A DNA stretch of 62,771 nt, filler included, from Choristocarpus tenellus KU-1152 (GCA_964200185.2; 10 parts of 10 records of this genome joined end to end with filler, not necessarily neighbours in it), one strand, 5' to 3'. Shown: positions 11,309 to 25,436, counted from the first letter of the whole stretch. The notes: generated by a model from the sequence alone, not told the origin. Translations and numbers: made by a program.

Positions 11309-12556
11309 CCTGCGCTCTAAAAAATGATGAGGCAAGGAAAAGGGTGAATTTATTCATGCAGGAGGTAGAGGGTGTCAAGTGTGCGTTATCAAGAAAATGT
11401 GGCTTGGGCGTTAAACCTATGCTATGTCATATCTCTGAGCATGTCGTTTGCAATGTGCGTCTGGATGGCAGACTCTCTTGCAGGTGTGCCTGTCTAAGAA
11501 GTACATGCCCTTGATCTTATCATGGGTCCAGATCCGATCGTAGAGCATGGACTTGCTGTTCGTCTCCCATATGTTGCGTATAGGAGGTAAATTTCCGGGA
11601 GCTAGTTGTTGAAACTACGGGAGGACCTGTTTCGGTTGGCATGGAGTATCTTGTAGGTCCTAAGAAAACGAGGCACATACATAAAAGAGGAAGGTGTTGT
11701 GATGAATGGTTGTCCGTTGCTGTCGTTGGATTGACAATATTAAATTTCCAAGTGGACCTTCACCACAAACATGTTCACTCACTTACGAGAAACAAAACTT
11801 GTGCATCTGGAATCAAGCGATGTTGGAGGGAGGTCTGCTGTTGAGGTGCCCTCGTTAGCCGTAAGAGACAGATCCACCTGTTCCCGTCTTGCCTCATACT
11901 TCTGGTCTTAGAGGAATAGAAGTTCCGCTTCTCTGGAAATGTCTTAAGCGTTTCTGTCTTGATTTTGTATTACTTAGCCTGGCCTGAAAGGTTAGGCTCG
12001 TAGGCCCGTGGTGACCCCACCGTCAAGGAGTTTGGCATCGGGAGCTATGCCCAGAAGGATGGAGTAGTATATTTGGCGGTTGTGCTCAGTGTAGCAAATC
12101 CTTCTTGATGACGTCAAGGCAGGTCTTAACCTGACTGTCTGGTGTTGAGGAACGCTTCTCCTAAGAGTGCACATCCTCCAGGACCTCAACTAAGGGTGAG
12201 AATTTCTATCCCTTGTCCATGAACCAAGCAGCACTATTGTGCCATATATAACTATTACCACCCTCCCCCCCCATGTCCGTATTCGTTTATAAGCATTGAG
12301 CAAAGTAGTCGAAGTATAGCGTCTGTCTTGGTTTTCTCCAAAGAGCACAGCGAATATTGGCTTGGAGGTCTGTTGATTCTTCTCTTGCTGGTGTGACATA
12401 TATGCAAGACCCGTAGGTGTGTTGAAGAAGTGTTACAGGCGCCCCTCAATGCTTACNNNNNNNNNNNNNNNNNNNNNNNNNNNNNNNNNNNNNNNNNNNN
12501 TTAATTAATTAANNNNNNNNNNNNNNNNNNNNNNNNNNNNNNNNNNNNNNNNNNNN

Positions 12557-14150
12557 CCGTCGGGTCCTTTTTCAGGGAGAATCAGTTCCACCCCCAAGTT
12601 CTACTACTTGTGAGGTGGCCACATCACAGCCACAGTTCGGGGACTCTGTGCCATCGTACATCGCACATCATGTCAATGAGTGTGCCAGGACGAACACTGT
12701 GCCTCCTAGATGGCTACAGGACCTCATGCAACTGCATGCGCGCGGGATGGACTCTGATCATGTAAGAACTGTTGAACCAGGTAGCAACGTCTCACGCCCA
12801 TTGTCCATACCAGAAGCGAGTCGTTTCAGGTTTTCCGCTTCGGAAATACCATCTGGTCTTGTCATTACAGGTTCGGGAGAGGAAAATTTACCACTCTTGT
12901 TTTCCAAATGGCATGTGGCGATTTCGTTGCACTCTAGGCAGTATGGTACCGGATACCTCACGCACTATTCGCATTGTTAGCAACTAAATGATGATAAGGT
13001 GATCTATGGCCCTATCCAAACTATTCCTCCAACCCTTGCAAGTAGTTTGTGATGCCATGTACAGTTTCAGTGAGCGTCATGAACACCTCTAAGAGTACAA
13101 ACGATCAGACTACATGGACATTGTCAGGATTTCGAAGTAGTTGGATACTCTTCTCTTAGGGCTCTACATTTTGGGATATGCTTGATATCCACCCAGTGAC
13201 CTGGTGCTGACATCATTTGCGGGAACAGGTCCGCCTTCTGACTACATGTGTTCAATTGTTACCAGTCCAACGCCAGGATTGCCATGGAGGAAGCTTCTGG
13301 CATGCTTCGCACCCTTGGAATATCATGAGGAAACCTCTGGTACCCCTGTCTCAAACAGGGAATGTTGTACATGATTGTGTTTACCTGGACAACTTTAGCC
13401 ACAAGCGTTGTATGCCTGTGTTGGACGAGGGAGTATCCTCCCTCCAGCCCCAAGGTGTGTACTCAACTCTAGAGTGTGGAAGACGGACAACTTGCGTGTG
13501 GGTGGGTCGCTTTCCTGTGGGGCTGCATGTATGTGTATGATGTGATCCAAGAAGAACTAGGAGGAAAGGGAATCATTCAACCAACACAGAATGTTACCTG
13601 CAACCATGCTTGAGACCGGCACCTTGGAACTGGGAAGTCACCGCTAGGTAGGTAGGGAGGATAGAAGTATTCGTATTGATGGGAGTAGGGCCAGTGTCTG
13701 TGTTGTATTTTGATAGCATAATGCATTTAAGCCTATCCCCCCCTCTTGAGTTGTTGTATCGCTTCAAAGGATGCAGTGACAGGACGAAATCTGTCTTGAT
13801 AATTGATTCTTGACATCAAAGGAATTTAGAATGTGATCCAGGTCAACCGACCTGTGGTGGAGCAATGGTTACTGGAATAGGCATGTGACGTGTAGATGTA
13901 GTCGCAATTTGGGTGTGGTGGAATATCTCAAGTGGTTTACCTCTACCCATTTCCAACCTTGCCAGTGTGCTGTCTTGAAAGTATCCCTGTGTCGTGTCTA
14001 ACCTCTTAAAATGTTTTTTGATACAACAACATATGTTACCTTCTTGGATGTGTTTCTGCCAGTGTGTATTGTTACCTAGATCACATTCCTTGAACGTTGG
14101 TGGCGGTTTCTACTCTTTAGGCACCAGAAGAAGTAGTAGCTAAGGTTGGG
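12557..14150 (-). mobile_element. Decayed Ty3/gypsy pol remnant (RT followed by integrase)
   Basis: RT-like LLLLVPKE (~14125) and KHFKRLDTTQGYFQ (~13975-14015), cf. FSKLDL.SGY.Q. Downstream integrase-like NTGIQRL..CEACQK..PWQS/ALDW and RSPYHH. RT-before-IN order is gypsy-type. Many stops and frameshifts. Confidence 0.6.
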
Positions 14151-15285
14151 CATTTCGATTTGGTCAGGTCTTGTCGTTGGTATACCTCAAACTTCCATTT
14201 CTAGCATCTCTTTTCAATCATTTCCTTCCTTCCCTTCTATGATTTCATTGCTAAATCTGCATCAGTGCTGTTACCGTCCAAGAAAAAAATCACGACGCTC
14301 CTCTGCAGCTACTGCCTTTTGTTTGCATCATACCGTTACCTGACATTCAACAATGACAAGGTCAATAAAATTGAATAAAGTTTACACCATCTCTTTTCTC
14401 TTCTTCTATGCTCACACAAATAGCAGCCTAAATCTGCACAGGTTATGAGCCTGAATGGTATGGAGAATGATATGAAGAAGTTGTGCGCATCTGGACTGGA
14501 CCACACCAGGTCGGTCAGCGGAGACCTGAACAACATGGAGACATAGTGGGCTACGCAGGTGGAAAGGGTCGGAACGACTTTGTGTGGCGAACACATGAGG
14601 TCCCTCAACTCATGGACACACCAATAGAACAGAAACAACTAGCACACGAGAACTACAAGAAAGGACAACAGACCTCTGTGGTTTCTGATGGTGCAAGTGA
14701 CAAGAGGGTCAGTGGTAGCAATCGTGGAGAGATTTTAAAACGATTAGAATCCGGACGGCCGGGGAGCATGGATAAAATTAGAAAGAGTACGGAGGTCGTG
14801 CGGAGAATGAGGTGCCCAACGCGAATCATCACTTTGGAAGCATGCTGCCGGGAGCTACAGTGCTCCTCGACTACGGACAGTACGGATTTTGTAGTCCAGT
14901 TTGAAAAGATCTGATGTAAGCTACGAGGAGCTGAAAAGTGAGCAATTCGGCATCGAACGCCATGCTGAACGTTTTTCACAGAGCTGATTGCAAGACCCGA
15001 TATATGCTACGAGGAGCTGAAGTGGGCAATAGTCTCATCATCGTCATAGTCACAAAGCGAACCTGCACCTTCGGCAGCAATGGGAAGCTGGAGGCTAAAG
15101 AGACAAAGGATATGATACTATGAACAACGAGCAAGAACGGGATGTCAAGGGTGGTACATCAGGATATACTTTGGGTGCCTGGTATGCCATGCGAAATATT
15201 GAGCACTGGGGCCCTATGACAAGAAGGTGGGGAATTATCGACGCACCGGATCAAGAACAAGCTACCTGAGGATTTCTTGGAATTG

Positions 15286-15376
15286 GACCCAAAGTATCTG
15301 GGGGGGGGGGGGGCTACACCGGAGGGCCCCTTTGGACCAAAACCAAAAAAAAAGCACTTTCATTATCCACCAACCG
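15286..15376 (+). mobile_element. MITE subfamily B left part, cut by the contig end
   Basis: GACCCAAAGTATCTG-G run-CTACAC..CCCTTTGGACCAAAA matches 9480 onward. Confidence 0.7.
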
Positions 15377-16009
15377 NNNNNNNNNNNNNNNNNNNNNNNN
15401 NNNNNNNNNNNNNNNNNNNNTTAATTAATTAANNNNNNNNNNNNNNNNNNNNNNNNNNNNNNNNNNNNNNNNNNNNTTTCTTCTACACGCGTGCAAAAAA
15501 AAAAGAAAAGAATGACTCCTGTTGGTTTGTCGTGGGTTGATATATATATATATATATATATGCAAAGTATGATGGCATTATAGTTTAAGGCACTGTTCGG
15601 TTAGACTTGATTACTGTTTTTTGTTCAGGGTTGTCACTGTGGTGGTAAGTTGGGGTACACCACTATACGTGTGATATATATACATACAATATACATGCGA
15701 TGCCCGAGTGACCAGGACATGGGAGTATTTTTTGGGGTTTTTTGTCATAATTTACACTGCGGTATGGTCAGGGCAAGACGCCATCGGCATAAATCATCAA
15801 CCGCCGCTTGCAGAACGTTTCTGAAATATTGGTTGGAAAGTGGATAAGCCTCGCCGGGCAAAAGAGGATGGATGGATGGGGTCGTAAGAAGTTTCTGATT
15901 TTTTTTTATTCTCCTCTCTTATACGGCTGATGTCTTGGGTAGGTGCGTGATACTCTTATGTTGTTCTCGTTTCTTTTTTTTCTACTTTTTTCCTTTCGTT
16001 CAATGCCAG

Positions 16010-16801
16010 GTGGTTTACGGCAGCTTTGTGCCCTTGAGTCCAAGGCGCCAAAGGGGTTACTTCGATGTGGTGGTTCAGAGGGAGCCCCCCATAGATGACG
16101 GGGCAGGGACTAGAAATGCTGCACAGTTTGCTCTTTTCCTTGATCGGCTTGCAATTGGTGAGGGGGGGGGGGGATGCGGAAGTGGATTGTGTAGGGTAGC
16201 GGTGAATCCCAACATCAGTGTCAGGAACTCCTTGTTTTTCTTTTTTTTCCCTTGTTTTATTTAATAATCAGGCGATATTTTTTTGAAATGGGGTACTTTT
16301 CTCATCTCATTTCATCTGATCTTTTAGGTGTATGTGTGTGTGTGTAAGATGGTGGTAGGATGCAGAGCAATAGGTTAAATGTGATTGGCTGTACTTGTGA
16401 AACGGTTGTTGTTGCACATACATGTACAAGGTAGAAGGTAAAAACAAGTATCTCACAAAGGGACCTAAACGTGTTCTGCTCTTGTCCTTACAACATTATC
16501 GACAGGGTATTGCTCTGCATGGGGGGTCTCCCTTGTGTTCTCCATCCCCCTCTCATGTACCCACCCTTTTGCCCTCCCCCCATGACCCTGACACCTCTCC
16601 CTCCAATGCACAATATCCGTCACACTTCCCAAGGTGATGAAGTAGCTGTAAGGCCTGGAAGGGAGGGTCTGGTGTACAACGGGCCGTACTCGCCCATCAC
16701 GGACTTGGTTCTGTTTGCAACTGGGTTATCCATTGTACCCATGATACAGATGGTCAAGGAACTTCTTCCATCAAGGGAATCTTCAGTAGCCACTGCTTCT
16801 C
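16010..16801 (+). CDS. Two internal exons (16010-16157, 16634-16801) of an FNR-superfamily / NADH-cytochrome b5 reductase-like oxidoreductase
   Basis: VVYGSFVPLSPRRQRGYFDVVV..FALFLDRLAIG|DEVAVRPG..DLVLFATGLSIVPMIQMVKELL covers the end of the FAD-binding domain and a degenerate GGTGITP NAD-binding loop. Canonical splice sites, phases 0/1/1. Confidence 0.75.
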
Positions 16802-16813
16802 GTAAGTGTCACA

Positions 16814-17060
<247 letters not shown>

Positions 17061-17076
17061 TGGATGACCTCTGCAG

Positions 17077-18754
17077 GCCTCGTGTCGGGAATCTTAGCCA
17101 GTCAGGCGTCCTGGAAGTACTCTGTGGTGTGCTTCTCCACTATCAGTGCCTATTCTGCATACACTTTGGGAATTACCCAGTGGAGGACACAGTTTCGGAA
17201 GGAGATGATAGCGCTTGAGAACGAGGCCAGTGCAAAGGTGAGAAGGAAAAATATATATATGTATATATATATATACTCCCATATGTCCCATAAGTCTGTG
17301 CCTTTATGCATGTACCTCTTTGGGATGACCTCCGATTTAAAAAAACAAACAAAAAAAAAACGGATTTTTGCATTCGATTCCTCGGAACAATTTCAGGTTA
17401 AAGATGAGGGTTATATTTGAAGAGCATACGAAGGTCTGGGGCGTGTTGAAACGTAGGCTATTCATCTTTTGTATTTTGGAACGTAATTCTCCCATCTGTC
17501 CCGTAAATCTTTTTCTTTATGCATGTAACTCCTCGGGATGACCTCCTATTTTCAGAACGGATTTAAAAAAATATATTATTACTCCTTGACGCCTTTTTAA
17601 TTATAAAAACCTTTGCTCGCTTCCACTCAACGCCGTCAATCCACCAATTAATAATAATTAATTCAGTGAACGACTTCTTGTGGGCCCGTGCCCGCCTAAC
17701 CCCTGTTTCATATTTTCAGAACAATTTCGGGATATATTTTTGTCAAATGTAACTTCTCATCTTACCTGAAATGTTCCGAGATGAGGAATCCAACGCAAAA
17801 ATCCGTTTTTTAAATCGGAGATTATATCCCGAAGAGGTACATGCATGAAGGAACAGACTTATGGGACAGAGGGAGTGTGTATTTAGTGATTAAGTGTAGA
17901 CGTAGTAACAGAAAATCAGGAAAAAAAAAGGGTTGTAAATGCTCTCTACTTGCCGTTGAGAAAAAGAATTTTTTTATGGAAGTGTTTTTGCTTTCTATTA
18001 TTCTCGATGGTACAATTATTTTTTATTTTTTAGGGATATGAGATGGGCCAACGCTGCTGTTACATATTTATATACATATACATGTACACGATTTTTATTA
18101 TTATTTTGGAATCGGAGTTGGTGACTACGACGAGGGAAATACTGTTTGGAAGTTTTCTTTTTAGTGAACTGCGTGGCATGAGGTCTAACTATTATAGTAC
18201 AAATTACTGTATTAAGTGGGTGTAAAGGAATTCCGGGAAAACATGAGAGGGAGTCTGTTTCCGTCAACAACAGTAGTGAAGGATGAGGAGGAGAGGGAGG
18301 GGTGCAGATACGCTTATCTTCAGGTGCAATGTTGACCTTGCACCTATCTCTCCTACCACACCCTTTCCTGTTGCTTGTCCCACAGTTGAATCCTACCCCA
18401 TGTTTCTGAAAGTGCCCCTTCTATGAGATGGTTACCCTGAGTAATTTTTTAACCTAACCTTTCCCTGCCCCTGACTAAGTCTAGAAAATATAACCCACGT
18501 CAGTGGTTGTTTGTTCTACTGTTATTGAGGACTTGTAGAACATTGTTGATGGGACAGTCTTTATCAAGAGTTAGAATTTTGGAATTTTGGTTGGTCTCTT
18601 GTAAGCCAACACCATTGCCATGTATATTAGGGTCTTCCATCTGGGTATATAGGAAAACTTTATGCCGTATGTCCCTATCCCACACCTAGTAGTAGTAGTA
18701 GTAGTAGTAGTAATGGCAGTAGCAGCAGTAGTAATGGTAGTAGTAGCAGTGGTG

Positions 18755-18788
<34 letters not shown>

Positions 18789-20012
18789 CAGTAGTGGTGG
18801 TGGTGGTGGTAGTAGAAGTAGTAGTAGTGGTAGTACTAGTAGTCGTAATAGTAGTACTAGTAGTAGCAGCAGTAGTAGTAGTAATAGTATTATTAGTAGT
18901 GGTTTGCATGTGGTGACATGCTGTCCTTCCACAACTGTCATCTCCTTTATATGACCAAGTTGCTTTCTGCTGCCAAGAATCCAGTTAGGTGTTGAGTGTC
19001 TAAGAAGCCCCCCCCCCTTCAATTCCCCTCCCACAACGCCTCGGGAATTGAATTGAATTGAATATACAGGTGACAGACTCACTGGTTAACTATGAAACGG
19101 TCAAGTACTTCAATGGGGAGAAACACGAGGCAAGGAGGTATGATGAGTCCCTCAAGGGCTTCCAGAGGTCAGCATTGAAGACGCAGACGTCGCTATCCCT
19201 TCTTAACTTTGGACAGAACACCATCTTCAGTGTGGGGCTGACGGGAATAATGGCTCTCGCTGCATCAGATATTGGTGAGAAGAACAAGAGAAAAGGTATA
19301 TTGTTGTAGAAATAATAGTAATGGAGGGGTTGGGGGTCATACACACAGAACAGCTCTATGTTAGGTGGATATTGAGGTGTTTTGAAGAGTACCATTATGG
19401 TGTGTGTGTGTGTGTATTTTGTTGTATTTTATTTTTGCCATTAGTAAGGTGGGGTTACTTTTTTTGTTTTTCATCCTTTATACTGTTGTATGTATTGTTG
19501 CCGGTTTAAAAATCATACACACTTCATTTCAAAATCACCTTATTTATTTATTACACGTGTCTTTCTACCTTTTTTTATTTATTACACCCTCTCACATCTG
19601 CAGCAACAGCTACAGCTACAGCACTGGTCTGTATCTATCCTTAGGTTTGGTGCTACTTCAGCCTCCTCTCTCCCCCAGCTTTACTTCTACACTTCTTTAT
19701 TATTGTCATATTTTCTTAAGAAATAGTGTATCCCCCAGGTGAAGCATCTTCACAACAGGAGTTCCTTCTCCTTGCTGCCCCCCCCCCCCCCCTCCCCCCC
19801 AGCAACGACAACATATTTGATCGCTGCCCTTCTATCGGCAAAATTGATGAACAGCTGCTGGGCATGCAACAGTGGGTGATCTGGTGCTGGTCAACGGACT
19901 TCTGTTCCAGCTGGCCATTCCGCTTGGTTTTGTGGGGAGTACGTACAGAGAGATTCGGCAAGCGCTAATCGACATGACGGCTATGTTCAAGCTCTCAGAC
20001 ACGCCTCCCAAC
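17077..20012 (+). CDS. ATM1: Mitochondrial ABC transporter ATM1/ABCB7, three internal transmembrane-domain exons (17077-17237, 19070-19274, 19855-20012)
   Basis: [18 protein letters not shown]|[32 protein letters not shown]..|[36 protein letters not shown] are ATM1 signature stretches. Phases 1/0/1 are consistent. The N-terminus and the NBD are absent from the contig. Confidence 0.93.
17276..17875. mobile_element. Stowaway-like (mariner) foldback MITE in an ATM1 intron
   Basis: TA|CTCCCATATGTCCCATAAGTCTGT ... ACAGACTTATGGGACAGAGGGAG|TG, with about 120 bp of imperfect inverted repeat. A second left end starts at 17489. Confidence 0.75.
18687..18903. repeat. (GTA/GTG/GCA)n trinucleotide microsatellite, intronic
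   Basis: Directly visible; it explains the poly-T, poly-V and poly-L ORFs in the track. Confidence 0.95.
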
Positions 20013-20906
20013 GTGAGCATGTATTTTTGTAAAATATATATATATATACATACATATATTTATATACTAAAAAAAAAGTATTGGAATGTTTTTTTTCTCT
20101 CTCCGGTGGTCTCGATGTATGTGGTATTTATTTATTAGTAATTGGTACAGCAGTGTAATATATTTATTTATATTTATATATTATGCTGATTTTTTTTTCA
20201 GGGAAAAAACTTTAAGATGAGAAGAAAAGAAAATTCCACGAAGAGGGATATTTTTGCTCCGTGTGTGAGACCGACTTTGCTCCATCTGTCCACTGCTTTG
20301 ATTTTTTTTGTTTTGGAAGGGGAAAAAAAAATGTGTAATAGAAATCCTCTCAACAGCAGCAGTAGTAGTGCGATGTTGGTGGTTATCTCCCATGTCCTGC
20401 ATATCTTTTCTTTTTAGTAAAACTTGCATATTTTATTTTTTTTCAAAGATCAAAAAGCACCTCTTTATCTTTATCTTTGTCATACTACAACTCTACTAAG
20501 TTTGTTACGGAGATACCTGCCGTACCTGTCTCAGGAAAGTTGTAATTGTTATTCCTGGTGGTCTTGTCACCTGGTTAAAATGTAAGGGGGAAGGGAAGGG
20601 GGGAGTCAGGATTATGTTTTTTTTCTTTTTTGGGATAGATAATACCCCTCCTGGAGGTGCAATACGTAGTGTTATGTGACTGATAAAAACGAAGAAATAT
20701 CTGTCTAGAGCAGGAGGATGCTACGACGGAAGGGGAGAGCCTCTCTCTAGCTCCCTGGTCCTGCCAAGCTGTTATTCCATATTAATATTTTGATAAGTTG
20801 ATGAAACCGCCTCTCAAGTGTTGGGTGCATGTCGGCAAGGGAGTAGTACCTACTTTTCTCGGAACAATCCCCAGCATGTGCTCCAAAATGGTGAGCTTCT
20901 TTTTTT

Positions 20907-20940
<34 letters not shown>

Positions 20941-21459
20941 AGTTTTTTTAATTAATATTGAGTGGGTAGAACACTAAACTGTAAAAAAAAATGATATTCT
21001 ATTTTTATTATTGTTAACCCCAGTAGTGTGATAACTGTACATAGAAGTACGTAGAGTATTCTGGAGTGACTTGTGTATAAACAGTGGGGGTGGCGATGAT
21101 ATTTATTTTATTTTGGAGCAGGGATGGCACAAATATAATGTGATTTTTAGTAATAGGACCCCTTTTTTTTCATAGAGGGTGTCAACATTACCCATGCAAT
21201 TCCCGCCTCCTACTAAGGAAAAAATCTGAAGTCGTCAGAGCGGTATTTTAAAGGATTATTTTTTTTTCCTTTTCCTTTTTGTTACCTAGCGTGCACGCCT
21301 TCTCCCCCTTGCTCACTCCCCCCCCCGCCCCCCCCCACCCCCCCCCCAACCTTCAGCACNNNNNNNNNNNNNNNNNNNNNNNNNNNNNNNNNNNNNNNNN
21401 NNNTTAATTAATTAANNNNNNNNNNNNNNNNNNNNNNNNNNNNNNNNNNNNNNNNNNNN

Positions 21460-24380
21460 GTGCCTTTCCGCCAGCTCTCCAATGTACAAGCTCTGATCCA
21501 CCACAAGTGTCCCATTTTTCCTATTCCAGCAAAGTTTCCACCTGCAGAAAATTCTAGTTGTCCTAGTCCCGCCTTGGACCTCTGCACTTTCCCTTTGCCA
21601 TCCATCTGCCATGGTCAAAAACCATCTTTGTCCCTAGTACCTTGTGACCATCAGTAGGGCGAGGTACTTGAATCCACACTCCTTTCAAAGGCCACTCTTC
21701 AGACCCTGTCACTGCTCTAATGGCCTTAGTTTCTGGTGGGAAGGGTCTATCTTTCCCACCCACAAGTAGACCAGCCAGTCTTCGCTCATACCTTAGTGTC
21801 CGTTCTGATGGTTCACCAGGTTCAGATGGGGGGTCGTGGTTATGGTCCGCTAGTCGCAGTAACAACTTTCCACCACTCCCCTGCTGTGACGTAGGTGGAT
21901 CCATACCACCAGCACCAGTGTTCAGCATCCCATCAGTACTTCCATTCTCCATAGTGTTCTCCACATCTATTCCACCTTCCCCACGTTCAAGTTCCGAATC
22001 CAAACCCACTTTTTCGGGAGATACCCCTTTTGAAGTATTTTCCCCTAGAACCTCTTTATCCGATCCCAAAGAAATTTCCTCCAACACCAAATCCCAAATC
22101 CTCCCCCCAAAGTCCTCTTGCTTCTCTTCCAAGATTCCATCTCCAGTCCTGTCAATCCCAGCAACAGAATATGGTTCTCAAACATAGTCGCACCTGTTGA
22201 CTATTTGTCCCGAATTTATAAGAAGAACTCACGGAAAATGAGAAGGGTAGTTGGAAGAACATCCCATCATCAGACAAGGTTCGGCTCTTGGTGCCAACAT
22301 ATGCATCCGTTGGTCCACTCTCGTGAAACCCTTAGAAGCCCAAAGAGGCAACAAATGGTGGGTTGGAACACCATAAACCATTTCATACAGTGATTTCCAT
22401 TGGGGGGTAGCAGATTTCAGGCAAAGGTTTGTTAGTGTGATAGCCATGTTGTGCGCCACTGCCCACAAACCCAACCGATCCCCCAATCCAGCCCCGTTCA
22501 TCATGACCAGCCCCTTCTCCGCTATCAGTGCAATCGCGCGTTCCACTTTCCCATTCAATTGGGGGGTACCCGGAACGGTGTACTCATGCCGAATCATGTG
22601 TTGATCCAACACCCCCTCGAAGTCCCCAATCTTGAACTCCGTGCCCTCATCAGTCCTAACACACCCAATGCACAAATTTTCCACATCGGCCACATTTCGA
22701 ATAAAAGCCCGAAAAACCATTGCAGTTTCATTCTTAGCTCGCAGAATTCGAATCCATCACATTTCTGCCATGTCACATACCATCATCATCTCGTAAAGGT
22801 ATCCACCCACGCTGCTTGCCCTTGGCATTGGTCCGCTCAAATCTATGAATACCCGTCCCAACCGTCGGTCAGACTTACTCTTTGTTACCTTAGGTACAGG
22901 TTTCCAATGAGCCTTGCCAACAGCACACCCCTTGCATTATTGTTGCCACTCCCCAGTTAAGTAAATCCCATGATCCTTGGCATACCTGCGTACCATTGCT
23001 TCATGACAGTGATCGAGTTGCATATGCATCTGGTTGATATCCACTTTAGTGGTAGGTCGCATCTTACCGCTCAGTCCCCAAGGGGCTGTGATAAAAGCTC
23101 CAGCCCCATCTTGGGCAAGCTCATCAGGTCCATCATTGCCTGATGTCAATGCGAGTTCTATATCACCAGTGTCCATACTTGAGGCGAGCTCCTCCCCCTC
23201 AACAGTTCCCCCAGGGACGATGGTATATGCATTACTTCCACCAAGTTCCTCAACACCCACCTCTGATGTTACATTTTACCATGATGTCCAGCCAATGATG
23301 CAGAACGTGATTGATGATTGAAAGTCGAGCTTCCACTAGACATAAGTGCTCCATTGTGGTTCCCAATACCACTGTCCACCAACCTCTTGTTCATCCGATA
23401 TGATTCGCAGACTCTCTTCTGTAGTTGCAATCTTGCCGATTGACCCACATTGGAAATCTGACGTATCTCAATCATATATTCTGTAGCAAAATAGTTATGA
23501 ATAACTGTCAGTTACTCTTACTCGTCAGGTTCAGCACCAAGACTCCGCAACTTCTTCACCAACCTTTCCATCTCTTGGATAACATTCGCAGGATCCTCCC
23601 CAGTTGGTAGACGCAATTAATGTAATTTTGTCCTCCAGATCACTCTATCCGTGATACCATCTCTTTCAAAACGGTCTCTCAGAGCCTGGAAAACTTCAGA
23701 CAGTCTGTCGTGGTTATCAACAATGTTGAATGCAAGTCCTCTTACACTCATAACCAATCCAGCCAACGCCATGATGGCTTCACAAACTTCTTGGCGTGAC
23801 CTCCTTGATGTATTTCCTCCTTCTAGGCCCACCCTGATATGGTCTCGAGTGAATAATGCGTCCATCCATACACCCATCGCAGCACAAGTTAGAAATCGTT
23901 TCTTGTACGAGGGAAACCCCTTCCCATCATCGTCACCATTGTACGCTACAAATTTGGAGGGAAGTGGGATGAGGTGCTGCAGGTCAACTCCCGCAGTCCG
24001 TCTTGCTATCGCAATCCCCCTAATCGCTAGATCCCCCTCATCATCAATGCCATGTACTTCCATACCAAAATCTTCAACCTCCACATTCACGTTACCGACA
24101 GCAGATGCCATCGGGACTCCGTCTGACCCCTCTACTAATAGCTAACTTGAGATATCAGCACACTCTAAAGTATGCTAGCTAGCATGTTAAAGAATGTGTG
24201 CAGAATCCCAAGTCTTGACATTGAAATATGTGGATTAATTCCTTTCAGTTACGTTGTAGGAGGTAGAAAGTTGGAGTGAGATATATCATTCAAGAAGGGG
24301 GTGACAAACCTTTCACTCATTACTGATCACTAATAACTCGTCACTCAATCCGTGTTCCCCCAGCATGAACTAGCAATACA
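21460..24380 (-). mobile_element. Ty1/copia LTR retrotransposon, degenerate (possible 5' LTR ~24148-24380, gag, GAG-pre-integrase, integrase, start of RT)
   Basis: gag-like 24111-23617 (FPSYKKRF..SEVFQALRDRFE). MHMQLDHCHE pre-integrase motif. Integrase RTDEGTEF..HEYTVPGTPQLNGKVER and PRAEPCLMMG. RT start KVLGTKMVF..DGKG..KA. IN-before-RT order is copia-type. Frameshifts present. Confidence 0.88.
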
Positions 24381-25221
24381 TGTTTCAGGTATACCACAGG
24401 CGATTGTCACCGGTGAAGGTAACAGATATCTTCGATCACCTCAGATCATCCTGTGGCAAGGAAAAAGAAGAGAAAAAAATAGCTAACTCCTACTAGGTCC
24501 AAAACATGTATCATTATCAACTTGGAGAAATCTGTCTGCAACTAGCCTAATCAGAGTATACATTTACTCTTTCTAAAGTACAGCTACCCTAAGGTGCCAA
24601 GTATCATCTGATTATTGCCTGTCTCTTGCCCCCCAAGCACAAAGCATACTGACGGCTGCTAGTGCGTAAAACAGGCAATAACATCAACATCAGCGACAAA
24701 AAAAGGAGAAAAAAAATGAAAGTTAGAACAAAACAAGGCATTAAGGGGATCAGATACCTGTTCAGAAAAAGAGGAGAGAATAAAAAAGTTAAGCAAGGGA
24801 TAGGGAAAAAAAATGGAAAAAATACAACAAAAGAAAATCCAAAAATAAATGAAAGAATAATATGAAATAAAAGGAAAAAAAATGGAAAAAATACAACAGA
24901 AGAAAATCCAAAATAAACGAAAGAATAATATAAAATAAAAGGAAAAAAAATCCATGGAATATAGGGGGTCAGGTACCTGATGTACACAGAAAAAATATAT
25001 TCAAAAACACAAAATGACAATAAAAAATAAATCAAAACATCTTACATAAATTGCTATCTGTTCTGATGTCGGTTACTTCATATTTCTGACTTCTGCTATC
25101 CTATGGTCCATACAGGGACTACCTGTTTAATGCTTGCCACAGGCAATAATCATTATCTGGATAGTAAATATCCATCAACTTAGATCTTGCTGCAGTGGCA
25201 TGCATAGTTGCCCTTTGGTAA

Positions 25222-25436
25222 CATAGGGGCTTCAGTTCTGACTTTGCCAGTTGTTTCCAACATAGGGCCTCCAGTTCCAACTCTGCCAGTTGTTTCCAAC
25301 ATAGGTACTCCAGTTCTAACTCTTCCAGTCGTTTCCAACATAGGGACTCCAGTTCCAACTCTGCCAGTTGTTTCCAACATAGGGACTCCAGTTCCGACTC
25401 TGCCAGTTGTCTCCAACATAGGGATTCCAGTTCCAA
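25222..25436. repeat. 39-bp minisatellite, ~5.5 copies (CATAGGGACTCCAGTTCCAACTCTGCCAGTTGTTTCCAA)
   Basis: Direct tandem units with no unique spacers. Confidence 0.95.

Noticed and set aside
18571-19082. Poly-T/V/L ORFs, the (ACLL)n ORF at 16471-16977, Phe-rich ORFs at 24604-25035, and antisense ORFs over the CBP polyQ
   Set aside because: These are translations of microsatellites or low-complexity DNA, or shadows of the real CDS.
25222-25436. CRISPR-like array
   Set aside because: Units are contiguous with no unique spacers, there are no cas genes, and the context is eukaryotic.
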